Assembly (NCBI RefSeq): GCF_018350175.1
Contig: NC_058368.1
Span: forward strand, 190,094,001 to 190,158,000
Length of the DNA stretch: 64,000 bases
Reading direction: 5' to 3'
Source: Felis catus
Lineage: Eukaryota
The position numbers and the translations under genes are program-made. Below, one piece after another: positions 25,858 through 38,009 of this stretch (its first letter is position 1; the number at the start of each line of letters is the position of its first letter). Below the pieces are notes generated by a model, which saw nothing but the letters and a program-made list of their open reading frames with translations, did not search any database and was not told where the DNA came from.

Positions 25858-26058
25858 TTTTTGTTTTTTGAGTTTATTTATTTATTGACAGAGAGAGTGC
25901 AAATAGGGTAGGGGCATAGAGAAAGAGGGAGAAAGAGAATCCCAAGCAAGCTCAGCACTATCAGCACAGAGCCCGATGTGGGACTCAAACTCACAAACTG
26001 TGAGATCATGACCTGAGCTGAGACCAAGAGTCTGTCGCCTGAGTCACCCACGCACCCC
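25858..26058 (-). mobile_element. SINEC
   Basis: TSD ctc(t/c)tgtgggagttttt on both sides. Confidence 0.88.
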
Positions 26059-27355
26059 TCCTGTGGGAGTTTTTGGTGCTTGTTGTTTTGTTTGCATCTA
26101 ACACAGACTTCCATGTTCTTAGCCCAGTAGTTTTCAAGGTACGTTCCATGAGAGGATCATTCGTGTTGCAGAGAAAGGGGTTTCCGAAGTCATGGTCACT
26201 GCGTGGTGTGGTGTTATTCCAGGCTGATTAGGCTGCAGGACTCAGAGCATTGCGGATCTTCGAGAAGGGAAACAGCATGAGCCGTTCCCCATGTCCATGT
26301 GACCACCGAACCCTCTTACCACTGAGCATCTTTCAGGACTAATACCAACCGTGCCCCAACTACACCAGCTCAATTGTACAACCTCTAACGATGAGAATCC
26401 TTGGAAGTGGCAACACATGGCTGAGAAAGTCTTCAAGTTTGTGAAGTAGGCCCCTCAATGTAGGCCACTGGGACATTACCTGAAATCAGGATATTAGAGC
26501 TGGAAAGGACCTCAGATCATTTTGTCCAATTTGAAGATAAGGAAATGGAGGCCCTGAGAGATTAAAGGGTTACCCCAGGCCACAGGCAAGGGGGAGTCAC
26601 CAATGACCTAGGACTCGTCTTTGTGAGTGGCCGTTGGGAAAGCTGCTGCTGTGAAAAACATGAGACTCCACACACTGGTGTCAGTTTCACACACAACTTT
26701 ATAGTGTTCTTCTGGTGTCATCCTGAGGAGTGTGAGAGGTACCTTCAGCCTAGTAACTCCCTTGCCACCATGCTGGGCCTCCTCCTGAGCCCAGGCTCTG
26801 CTCAATCTCCCTCACCCAAAGCCCTGCAAAGTCCAGTGGCCCAAAGTCTAGTTTTGGGGTCGGGACTGGTTGACCAGTCCATTAGCATGACAGCAAAAGC
26901 TCAGGCTTTGAAGCTGGGTTCAAATCAGAGTGGTCACTTAGCAACGGTGTGAAAGTGAACACTGCACAGCCTGTCTGTCCAAGGTGGGATACAGCACATA
27001 AAGTGACTGTGGCTGATTCAAAGGAATGAAAGAATAGGACTTAGCATGCTGCCTGCACACATTAGTTCCCTTCCTTCCTCTTAAAATAGAGATCACTCAG
27101 TGAGACCATGGAATTCTGAAGAGCAGCAACTATTGCCAGTATCTTATCTAGCATAAACCAATTTGTAAAGGTAATGCCTCCAGCGAGAAAGCAAAGCCAG
27201 TCATTAGTTTAGGGCACAATGACCAGCTATACCTTTATCACCTTCCATTCTCTTTCAGACTGTTTCCTCAGTCATCGGTGTTCATGTGGCCTTCCACAGA
27301 TCAAGGAGCCCTGGAACAGGACCAGGAATCAAGACCAAGATGCTGGTTTGGAAGT

Positions 27356-27361
27356 TTTAAT
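27356..27361 (-). terminator. Probable CYFIP2 polyadenylation signal ATTAAA
   Basis: tttaat on + strand; upstream UGUA motifs; downstream tcttggtcttgattcctgg on the transcript strand. Confidence 0.7.
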
Positions 27362-28266
27362 GGAGATGTAGAGATGGAAATGTTTATCAACTCAACACAG
27401 GTACCCCAAAATACAAAGCAAAATATCATCTTCAGCTGCATAGCAAATATGATTTAAGAATTTAACATCATGATTTGATCACAAGCGTAAATATAAGTCA
27501 CCATAAATAAATGTAAATTCATTGTACAAAAATTCCCAACAACTCTTAATACAAATATGGTACATTTGACAGTTTTTGAAACAATTTTTTTTAAACTTTT
27601 TAAAACCTAAGATTTTTTTTTTCCTGCTTCTTAGACACACAAAAAAATCAAATCAAAAGGAGGCAGTAATACCAGGGAGGAAAGAATATTAAAGCTGTTT
27701 GGTATTCATAAATAAATGTTGCTGGCGAGCCAGGGAAATGAAATGTCTTTCATTTAGGTGAAGACCTCAATTTACCAGGATCAGGTCTCTTGAGGATAAT
27801 AGGATTCTACCCAAGGGGTCAAATTCAGGGTTACAGATGCAGAACAGGAAGGACAGGTTATTGAAATAGCAGTCTCCTCAAATGGATGACCCAAATCTCC
27901 ACAAAGGCAATGATCATGGATTTGGAATAATCTCTAGGACTTAATAGCCAGTCACCTATCTGAAAGAGCCACTGTCCCTGGACAGGACTGAAGATTCTCT
28001 GCAGCTTAGAGATTTTTTTTTTTTTGGTGGGTTTTGAAGGTGTGTTCCACCATGTAGTTCTATCATGCGGTGTGTGTAGCCTCTCCCTTTTGCCTTTGGC
28101 GCATCTATGGCCACCAAGAAGAAAAAAATTAAAAAATCAGAATAGGAAGTCGCATCTAAGAATGAGAGGATCTGCCGGTCCACCCTGAATCACTTTCCTA
28201 CCCTACAAATACTTTCTTTCATGGCTCAGAAGGAGCTCAAAGCCCTAGTGGTGGAAAGACCCTCGA

Positions 28267-28430
28267 CAGCAGTGGTCCTCAGATTTCCTTGTGCAACAGT
28301 ACAACAAAGAGGGCTTGTGGATAGAGATTTCCCTTACTCTGGTTAATTGGTTTGAGGTACGGCCCAGGAATCTGCATCCAATGTGCTAGTCTCAGGACAT
28401 GTTGATATAGGCCTTTGGACCACATTTGAT
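28267..28430. mobile_element. MER5-like hAT relic within the CYFIP2 3'UTR
   Basis: cagcagtggtcctcaga...ggtttgaggtacggcccaggaatctgcat...ggaccacatttga. Confidence 0.6.
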
Positions 28431-30087
28431 GAGCCCTTCTTTCCTCCCTGGTGGGCACAGTGTATCACACAACCTCTTGCTATGGACTGTTTTGCTCTTT
28501 CCATGGGGTTAAAATGGGCCATCTGTTAATGGTAACCATTTCCATTCATCCACCCTAAGGGAGGGGATCATTATTGTTTTATTTTTCTCACTTTTCTTTT
28601 CCTCCCTGGGTTGGGGATGAGATATCAAATGTCTCACTTTTATTTTCTTACAAGCTCAGGGTCCCAGACTTCTTTGAGCAAGAGGTTCTCTGTAATGAGA
28701 CATTCATTCCCAAAGCCTTCCATCCTTCTAACCAGTCTCCCTATGCTCACTGGGAGATTCTGCAGACTTTTGGTTGAGTCTGAGAAATGCACATAGATAT
28801 GCCCCTGTGCGATATGCCCCAGGCCTCAAAATCTAAGTTAAAGAGAACTAAGGATGTTGAGAGTAAAAGATAAAATGTCATAGGAATCTTTCAGCTTCTA
28901 GGACAATGGAAGTACTGATTCAGTAGAACAGGACTCCTTTTCTGGGAGTACATCCTGGTACTAAAAGCTCATTGACAAGTGTTATTTATATTCCTCACCT
29001 CCCTGACTCCAATGTGTTTTGGGCTTCTGTTGAAATAACCCCTTAATATTTTCTTTCTCGTGGGAGTGTTCCTTGATGAGAGTCTGTGCAGAGAAGTTGT
29101 CCCTAATTTGGTCACTGGCTAATGCGGTGGGCAGTGCATGACTGACTTGTTCCATGCTGCATCCCCAGCATCCACTGCCCTGTGCAGCTTGGTGCTCACA
29201 GTATTTGATTGATGAATAAAGGAACTGCCTCCTCACCAAGCTGAGATGGTCTAATGGCTTTCTGTTTGGGGCTATGGAATTCCTGGCTGTGTTAATAAAT
29301 ACTGTTTCTGCACAGCAGGCCTGACCATCTTCCTACCATAACTTCACTAAGTAAGATACGATTATGAATGCACTTCTGAGTTCTCTCTAGGAGCACCTGA
29401 GAGGAGAGTGGGGTTTGGGGAGTCCAGGGACAGCCAGGGCCACCACCATCTATCATGGTGTCAGTACCAGGAACCTCGTCTTCTGTTTCCCATGGCTCTC
29501 AGTGTCTGGTCCATGACTGCTGTGGGTGCTAGAATCCTTGGCACCCAGAGCAGGGGGAGATGTCACCTGGGAAAATGCGGGGAGGGAGCCAGAGGAGGAG
29601 AGGAAGTCGGTACGTGGACATACTCCTGTCAGCTCAGGCTGGTATCTCAGGTTATGGCCATGCTCTTTTCTCCGCTCTGAGACTTCACTTCTGAGGTCAC
29701 GTGTGGGCACTGGGTAGGAGGTCACCATTTGGGAGGAGGTCTTGAGAAGCAACCATGGATGTGGGGTGGGGCTGTGAGATGGAGAAGGGGTGAGACTAGG
29801 GCTCTTAATACAGCTGAGGGGAAAAAAGAAAAGAAAAAGCACATACTGCCCTGTTTCTTTTGATTTTTTTTTTTTTTCATTTACGCTATGGAGAAACCAC
29901 CATGGAGATGTCATGGGAGAGCATGCACAGGCCCAGCCCTTGGGAGGTGTAGATGTGTTTGGGGAGGTTCTTGTTTGTGTCCAGGCCTATCCCATATGCT
30001 GTCCAGGAGGACCCTGTTGCAGGCTGGCCATGGCTTTCTCTCTCCTGCTTCTTCTCCTCCAGGTCGAGGGTCTGCAGGACCTTCAGC

Positions 30088-30426
<339 letters not shown>

Positions 30427-30827
30427 TCAAATCTTAACTTGGCCATAAAGCCCTTTGTGAGTTTTGAAACTTACTACAAAGCTACAGTCATCAAAATAGT
30501 ATGGCACTGGAATGAAGACAGACACACAAATCAATGGAATAGACAGCCAAGAAATAAACTCCTCCATATATGGTCAAAGGATTTTTAACAAGGGTGCAAA
30601 AAAACATTCAATGGAGACAGTATGGTGTTTTCAATAAATGGTGCTGGGAAAACTGGATATTCACATGTAAAGAATGAAGCTGGATCCTTACCTTACACAA
30701 CATAAAAACCAAAACCAAAAACAAACATTGAAATGGTTTAAAGACCTAAACATAGGAGCTGAAACTATAAAACTCAGAAGAAAACATGGAGGAAAATCTT
30801 CATGAAACTGAGTTTGGCAATGATTTC

Positions 30828-31068
30828 TTTTTTTTTTTTTTTTTTTTTAAAGATTTTTTTTTTTCAATGTTTATTTATTTTTGGGACAGAGAGAGACAGA
30901 GCATGAACGGGGGGAGGGGCAGAGAGAGAGGGAGACACAGAATCGGAAACAGGCTCCAGGCTCTGAGCCATCAGCCCAGAGCCCGACGCGGGGCTCGAAC
31001 TCACGGACCGCGAGATCGTGACCTGGCTGAAGTCGGACGCTTAACCGACTGCGCCACCCAGGCGCCCC
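30828..31068 (-). mobile_element. Young felid SINEC_Fc
   Basis: CpG-rich and undecayed; long T-tail; perfect TSD ggcaatgatttctt. Confidence 0.95.
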
Positions 31069-31122
31069 GGCAATGATTTCTTAAATGTGACACCAAAAGC
31101 ACAAATAATAAAAGAAAACATA

Positions 31123-31341
31123 GGGGCGCCTGGGTGGCGCAGTCGGTTAAGCGTCCGACTTCAGCCAGGTCATGATCTCACGGTCCGTGAGTTCGAGCCC
31201 CACGTCGGGCTCTGTGCTGATGGCTCAGAGCCTGGAGCCTGCTTCAGATTCTGTGTCTCCCTCTCTCTCTGACCCTCCCCCATTCATGCTCTGTTTCTCT
31301 CTGTCTCAAAAATAAATAAACATTACAAAAATTTAAAAAAA
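31123..31341 (+). mobile_element. Felid SINEC_Fc
   Basis: ggggcgcctgggtggcgcagtcggttaagcgtccgacttcagcc head; TSD aaaagaaaacata. Confidence 0.95.
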
Positions 31342-31619
31342 AGAAAACATAAACTGAACTACATCAAAATTAAAAACTTGTTTGCATCAAAGGACACTAT
31401 TAACGGAGTGAACAGGCAACCCATGGAATGGGAGAAAGTATCTGCAAGTCAATATCTGATAAGGGACTAATATTCAGAATATATAAATATATCCAGAATA
31501 TATAAACATATCCAGAATATATATCCAGAACATATAAATATACATAATATCCAGAATATATAAATATAAATGTATATATATACACAACAAAGAACAATCC
31601 AATTAAAAAGTGAGCCAAA

Positions 31620-31732
31620 GGGGCACCTGGGTGGCTCAGTCTGACTCTTGATTTTGGCTCAGGTCGTGATCCCAGGGTCATGGGATCGAGCCCCTGTGTT
31701 GGGCTCTACGCTGAGCATGGAGTCTGCTTAAG

Positions 31733-31786
<54 letters not shown>

Positions 31787-32368
31787 CCCCTCTCTCTGCC
31801 ACTCTCTCCCACTTGCATGCGTGCTCTCTCTGTAAAAATAAAATACATCTTAAAAAAAAAAAGTGAGCGAAGGACTTGAATAGCCATTTCTCCAAAGAGG
31901 ATAAACAAACAGCTGATAAGCACATGAAAAGATTCTCAACATTACTAGTCATTAGGAAATGGGAATCAAAACCAGGATGAGATACCCCTCCACATCCATT
32001 ATGATGGCTATTACCAAAACCCCCAGAGAATAACAAGGGCTAGGAAGGATGGGGAAAAACTGGAACTTGTGCATTGCTGGTGGGAATGTAAAATGGTGCA
32101 GCCACTACTGAAAATGGCATGGCAGTTCCTCTAACATTAAAAATAGAATTAGCGGGGTGTCTGGGTGGCTCAGTTGGTCAAGTGTCCAACTTTTGATTTT
32201 GGCTCAGGTCATGAGCTCACAGTTCGTGGGACTGAGCCCCACACTGGGCTCTGTGCTGACAGTGTGGAGCCTGATTGGGATTCTCTCTTTCCCTCTCTCT
32301 CTACCCCCAACCCCCGGCCCATGCTCTCTCTTTCTCCCTCTCAAAATAAATAAACTTAAAAAAAAAAA
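31620..32368 (+). mobile_element. Two further SINECs (31620-31862 and 32154-32368) within the L1
   Basis: SINE heads and tails; TSDs aaaaagtgagc and aaaaat.ga.ttagc. Confidence 0.9.
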
Positions 32369-33547
32369 TGGAGTTAGCATATGACCCAGCAATTCCACTT
32401 CCTAGGTATATACAAAAGAAATGAAAGCAGGAACCTGAACAAATATCTGTGCACTCGTGACCACAGCAGCATGTTCACAATAGCCAAAAAGTGGAAGCAA
32501 CTCAAGGGTTCATCAGTGATGAATGGATAAACAAAATGTGGTATATGCATACACTAGAATATTATTCAGCCTTAAAAATGAAGAAAATTCTGATACGAGC
32601 TACAACGTGGTAAACCTGGAGCACATGGAATAATCCAGGCACAAAAGGACAAATACTGTATGATTCCTCCTATGTGAGTCCCTGGCGTAGTCAGATCCTA
32701 GAGACAGAAGGTGGAAAGGTGGTTACCAGAGTCTTGGGGGAGGGGAGACTAGGGAGTTAGAGTTCAATGGGAACAGTGCTTCAGTTTGGGAAGCTGAAAA
32801 AGTTCTGGAGATGGAAGGTGGTGACGGCTGCGTGACAGAGTGAGCGTGCCCAATGCCCCAGCACCACACACTTAAAGATGGTTAAGATGGCAACTTTGAT
32901 GTGTTATGTATGTTCTACCACAATGGCAAAAAACAAACACAAATAAAACAAACACCCTTTATGAGGTAGCTCCTGCTTCCTTCTCCTTTCAGCTAGTCCT
33001 AGAGACCCACGCTCTGTTCCAGCCACACATCTTCATGTCTCTGTGCATTTGCTATGGCTGTTCCCTCTGTCTGGAACATCCTCCCCATGCTGCACCCCAT
33101 TTTTTGCCTGGTTATTGGCTGCTAGTCATTCTGGACTCAGCTCAAGTGCTGTCTGCATGAGACGCCTTCTCTGGCCATCCCTCCCCGCCTGTCCCCTCAG
33201 CCCAATTTAGACAGCCCTTGTTAGTGCACCCCAGCAGCCCCGCTTACTCCGCGGCCGCGTTTTTCCCATCCCCGTGCCTGTACGACTTCCGTGTTCAGTG
33301 AGAGTTTGTGTGGATGAGGCACTGGTATCAGCAGTCTGACTGGCACAGGGAAGGGGTAATTCAGGTCTGGAGCCCGGCCCAGCCCTGCGGGGTGACCTGA
33401 TTCATCCCAGCAGGTTATGAGCAAGTGACTCATGGCTTCCTATAAGAAGGTCCCCGGCCACTGAGCATCTTTGTACCTACCTGTGGTGTGGGGACTTGGC
33501 CTCCACAAGCGGCTCACCCTCCTTTTCAGATGAAAGCCTGCCTGTCA

Positions 33548-33760
<213 letters not shown>

Positions 33761-35280
33761 CTAGAGTGAGGGGCAGGGAAGGGCAGGGGGAGGGCTCTGG
33801 GGCCAGGAGTACAGACAGTGAGCAAGCCCGTCCCTGGGTCAACCCTCTTCATCTGTAAAGTGGGTACAAGGGAAGATGTGAGCATACGTTCACTTGTTCC
33901 AGGGACCGTGGTTACATTATAAATCCTCCTAACCACAAAGAGGTGTCAGCCTATTAGCCACTGATGGAAATATCACCTTTGCGGAAAACAAATTTGCAGG
34001 GAAAAAAATTCAACCAGTCCTTGAGATTTACGTGGCTGATTAGAATTCAGATGAGAATGTGTCTGACCTCTCTGTAAAGGAGCTACAGGAATGCTTGTGA
34101 GGCGAAGGACCATCTCAAACCAGGGAACCAAGTGGCCCACGCAGGCTCAGAGGACAGGGATGGGGCATGGTGTGTGGACGAGCAGACACTATTGGTGTGG
34201 GGTGGGGGGGAGCTGTGAGTCCTCCTGGGCTGGTGAGGCTCAGCCTGCATGCCTCCCGCAGGCAGCAGCATCTTGGGCGATTTTGGAGGCCATGGGGTCG
34301 TCTCTCTGCTGTTTTCTTGTCCTCAAGTAGCAGCTGCAGCCCGATGGGCAGATTTCCCTGCTTCCCCATCACCGTGGCTAAAGGGAAGGCCCAGCAGCTG
34401 CTCTGAAAACAGCTTTCCCGGCCCACTCCCAGCACCACTGCCTCCAGGATTCTCTGCCTCTCACTTGCTTGTTCTCCAGGAGGACAGGACTTGTCTTCTT
34501 CACCACTCTGTTCTTGGTGTGTGTAGCTGGGTGAGGGAAGGAAGAACTGGAATCTGCTTCTGTCTTCTCTGGGGGTAGGACTGGGTTACTCTAGAAGGCT
34601 TCCTGGTTTTCAGGAGTGTAGGCCTCATGAGGCAGGACTGCGTGAGCAAGTTAGGGCATGAACCTCAGCTGGGGAGGCCTTGCTCTCTTTTCTATGAATC
34701 CTGGAATTTTGTGAGGGGCGAGGTGGACACTGGGCTTCTCAGTGACAAAGCCTCAGCAGGGCTCCCTCCTGCCCATGTGATCAGGGCAGTTTCCGGTCTC
34801 GGAAAAACCAGGCCCTGAGGGGTCCTCGACCCCAGGGCACATGCTCACGCACACACTCCTCTGCCTCCAACCACTTGCTGCTCTTCCTGGAATGTCCTCT
34901 CCTCCCCTCTAAGGGTTGAATCCCAGGCGATGTTCAAGGCTCAGATCTACTGTGTGATTTACATTCCAAAAACTCACTCCGCTCTCCTCAGGCACCTGTC
35001 ACCCTTCCTGCCCTTCCTGCCAAGCGACCTCATTCAATGTGCCTTATGTTTATGCATGTTGTCTCTGCTCAGCCCTGTAAGCCCCATGAGGCCAGGAACC
35101 GTCTACTTTTGCTCAGTACTGGTGTCTGTCCAGCACCTGGCACATCTGTGTATTCAGCGAGCAGCTATTGGACAATCTGCCCCTGCCCACCTTTCTGGGT
35201 GAGCTCTGGTAGCCTGGTGACTCTTGGTCGGGGGAGACACACACGTCGGGCGGGGACCCAGCCTTCCTGGAGGGTACTCA

Positions 35281-35547
<267 letters not shown>

Positions 35548-36121
35548 CTAGCCACCTCAGACCCTGTCTTCCACCTCTCATGGGGGATTCCCAAATCCTA
35601 CAGCTGGCTGTACCTGGGATTCATTCACCCACAGCAGGGCAATAACTTTGTAAACCTTAGTGCAATAGTAGGGGGTCTTGTGGCAAGACTTACTTGTGGT
35701 AAGTAAAATCTAGGAGCCATCAAAGAGGAAGAGTCCATTAAAAAAATCCAGGTCTATCACATCATGGAATGTCATGCATCCACTGCAAAGACTAAGATGA
35801 AACTACTACCAGTTCACACTCACTGAGTGTGTGTGTAACACGTCAGGCCTGTTCTAAGCTACTTATACCTCACATCAACCCCATGAAAGAGGGAACAATC
35901 CCATGAAACACTGACACTGTTATCCCCGTTGTACAGATGAAGAAACTGATGTTCAGAGAGGCAGCCAGTGAGTGGTAAAAGCTTGGATTTGAACCCTAGT
36001 CTAGATCTATGGCTTAAATTGTTACATGAATACACAGCAAGTTTCAAAAAAGGATGTATACTATAATCCTATTAAACACATCAACAACATACAATCCCAT
36101 AGACAAACAAAAGTATATGTG

Positions 36122-36123
<2 letters not shown>

Positions 36124-36159
<36 letters not shown>
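36124..36159. repeat. (GT)18 microsatellite
   Basis: Read directly from the sequence. Confidence 0.97.
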
Positions 36160-36163
<4 letters not shown>

Positions 36164-36802
36164 TAGTTTAGAAGGAAATGTCAACTGTGGGAGCAGATAG
36201 GCTTGGCGAAGCACACAGGATTTTCACTTTTTACTTTAAATACTTCTGTACAGTTGAATGTTCTACAAAAAGCATATGTTACTCTTTAAACATTTGCCAC
36301 TGATTTTACAGGATCATCTCCTATTAGAAATCCTCTAACCATTGTAAACTATCTCTATTAATAATTTAAACTGGCTTCACATGTAGGTCCTGGTTACTGC
36401 ATCTCTAATAATCAGCCGGCTAGACAAACACATCAAAACACATTACTGTCTTCATTATGAGTAAAAATGTCTAGGGGTAGAGATCTCAAAACCATCTGCA
36501 AATGGTAGACAGACATTAACATTTAAGGTCAAAGTAAGGTCTACAAATCTTGGGACAAGGCTAAAGAGTACTGGTCTCTGAGATGGAGAGGTCCACATGG
36601 CACTCACGGCGTCAGCTCTCCAGAAGGAAGTCTCCCCAGAGAGCTCATTTCACAGAGTGCCTGGAAGGGGCCTACCTGACTTCTCCCTTTAAGCTATCAC
36701 ACTGGAGCCCCTAGAAGGAGAGCAATCTCTAAATTAATCCACAGAAGGAAATAAATCAGGAAACACAATGCTGGAGCCCATTAGGAAAATGGGCTATGGG
36801 CT

Positions 36803-36820
36803 TAGTTGTCATGACAACTA
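36803..36820. promoter_or_regulatory. 18-bp perfect palindrome TAGTTGTCATGACAACTA (X-box-like)
   Basis: The palindrome is read directly; its core GTTGTCATGACAAC resembles an RFX X-box. Confidence 0.5.
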
Positions 36821-37769
36821 TAAACTGAAAGAAGTCTAGCACACACACAAAAAAACGTAAATTGGGGAAGACAAATTTGTATTTCAAACATGAAGGAGAG
36901 GGAACCCTGATTCAGGCTGACTCATATTGATTCTATAGGCAGAGAAAGCTCCTGAGCAGAGAAGAGACCATTTAATTTGTCACAGTTGGCTAGAAGTGTC
37001 TTCAAAAGAATCCTGAAGCTGGTGTTTCATTCTGTTCTTACCAGGCAATGCTCTAGACTGGGATTTGGACCCTGGAAGGGCTCTCCACTCAGAAAGAGAG
37101 GGCCTGGTACAGGGAAGGTGCTCAGTAAATAAATAAAGGACCCATATTTGTTCTCAAGTCATGGATATTCCTCTTCATCAGTTAACACAGACAATTCTGG
37201 TTCACTAATTAATCTCCTGGGCATCTACATGGTCTGAATCAATCCCCAGGGCCTGACAATCGTGTTGGGGAAAAATCAGCAATGGGTTTATAAATCTGTA
37301 CACAGACTTTGAACTCTGGTGACCTCCCCGCTACAACCAACCAAAGGGCCTGAGACTGAAATGGTTTAGGGGCTTTGTCCCTTTGCCTTGGAGAAGCATT
37401 TACCCTTACAGTTTCTCCTGGGAGGGAGCTGTAAAAGTAACACACAGTCACTTGGATAAATACGGAAAAACATTTTCAAAACATTATAAGAAAATAAAAA
37501 TCTCCCATGAACCCCATTACCTAGAAATGTATAACACATCACGTCTAGGAAATGAGGTTTCCTAGAGCATGGATATATGATTTGTGTTTATGTATGTGAG
37601 TGTGTGTATGCATCTATATTTAACAGAATTTGTTTATCTTGCTTTTTTTTATCTTCAGATAGCAGCCATCTAAGAAAACTATTTCCTTCAATATTTTCAG
37701 TACTCTAATTTTTAATGGTTACATAAAATGGCCATTGATATGTCATCATTTATCAAATCTTCTACACTT

Positions 37770-37802
37770 TTTTTATTTTTATATTTTTTATGCTTATTTA
37801 TT

Positions 37803-37839
<37 letters not shown>

Positions 37840-38009
37840 ATGAGCATGATCAAGGGACGGGCAGAGAGGGGGAGACACAGATTCGGAAGCAAGCTCCAGG
37901 CTCGGAGCTGTCAGCACAGAGCCTGACATGGGGCTCGAACTCACGAACTGTGAGATCATGACCTGAGCCAAAGTTGGAACATTTAACCGACTGAGCCACC
38001 CAGGCGCCC
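37770..38009 (-). mobile_element. SINEC
   Basis: Reverse head gactgagccacccaggcgccc; (GA)n tract. Confidence 0.92.

Larger units (their letters stand above)
27340..30087 (-). other. CYFIP2: CYFIP2 3'UTR (~2.75 kb; end approximate)
   Basis: Follows the stop codon; largely repeat-poor; AU-rich terminal block; ATTAAA signal followed by U/GU-rich sequence. Confidence 0.8.
30460..32945 (+). mobile_element. L1M ORF2/3'UTR fragment in the last CYFIP2 intron, interrupted by four SINEs
   Basis: tactacaaagctacagtcatcaaaatagtatggcactgg, aataaatggtgctgggaaaactgga, tggtgggaatgtaaaatggtgcagcc, gatgaatggataaacaaaatgtgg. Confidence 0.9.

Noticed and set aside
27553..27562. Pumilio element in the CYFIP2 3'UTR
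   Set aside because: The motif reads UGUACCAUA, one base longer than canonical UGUAHAUA; I saw no exact site.
30786..31272. Recurrent ORFs such as GAPGWRSRLSVRLQPGHDL and WVAQSVK
   Set aside because: These are translations of SINEC repeats, not genes.
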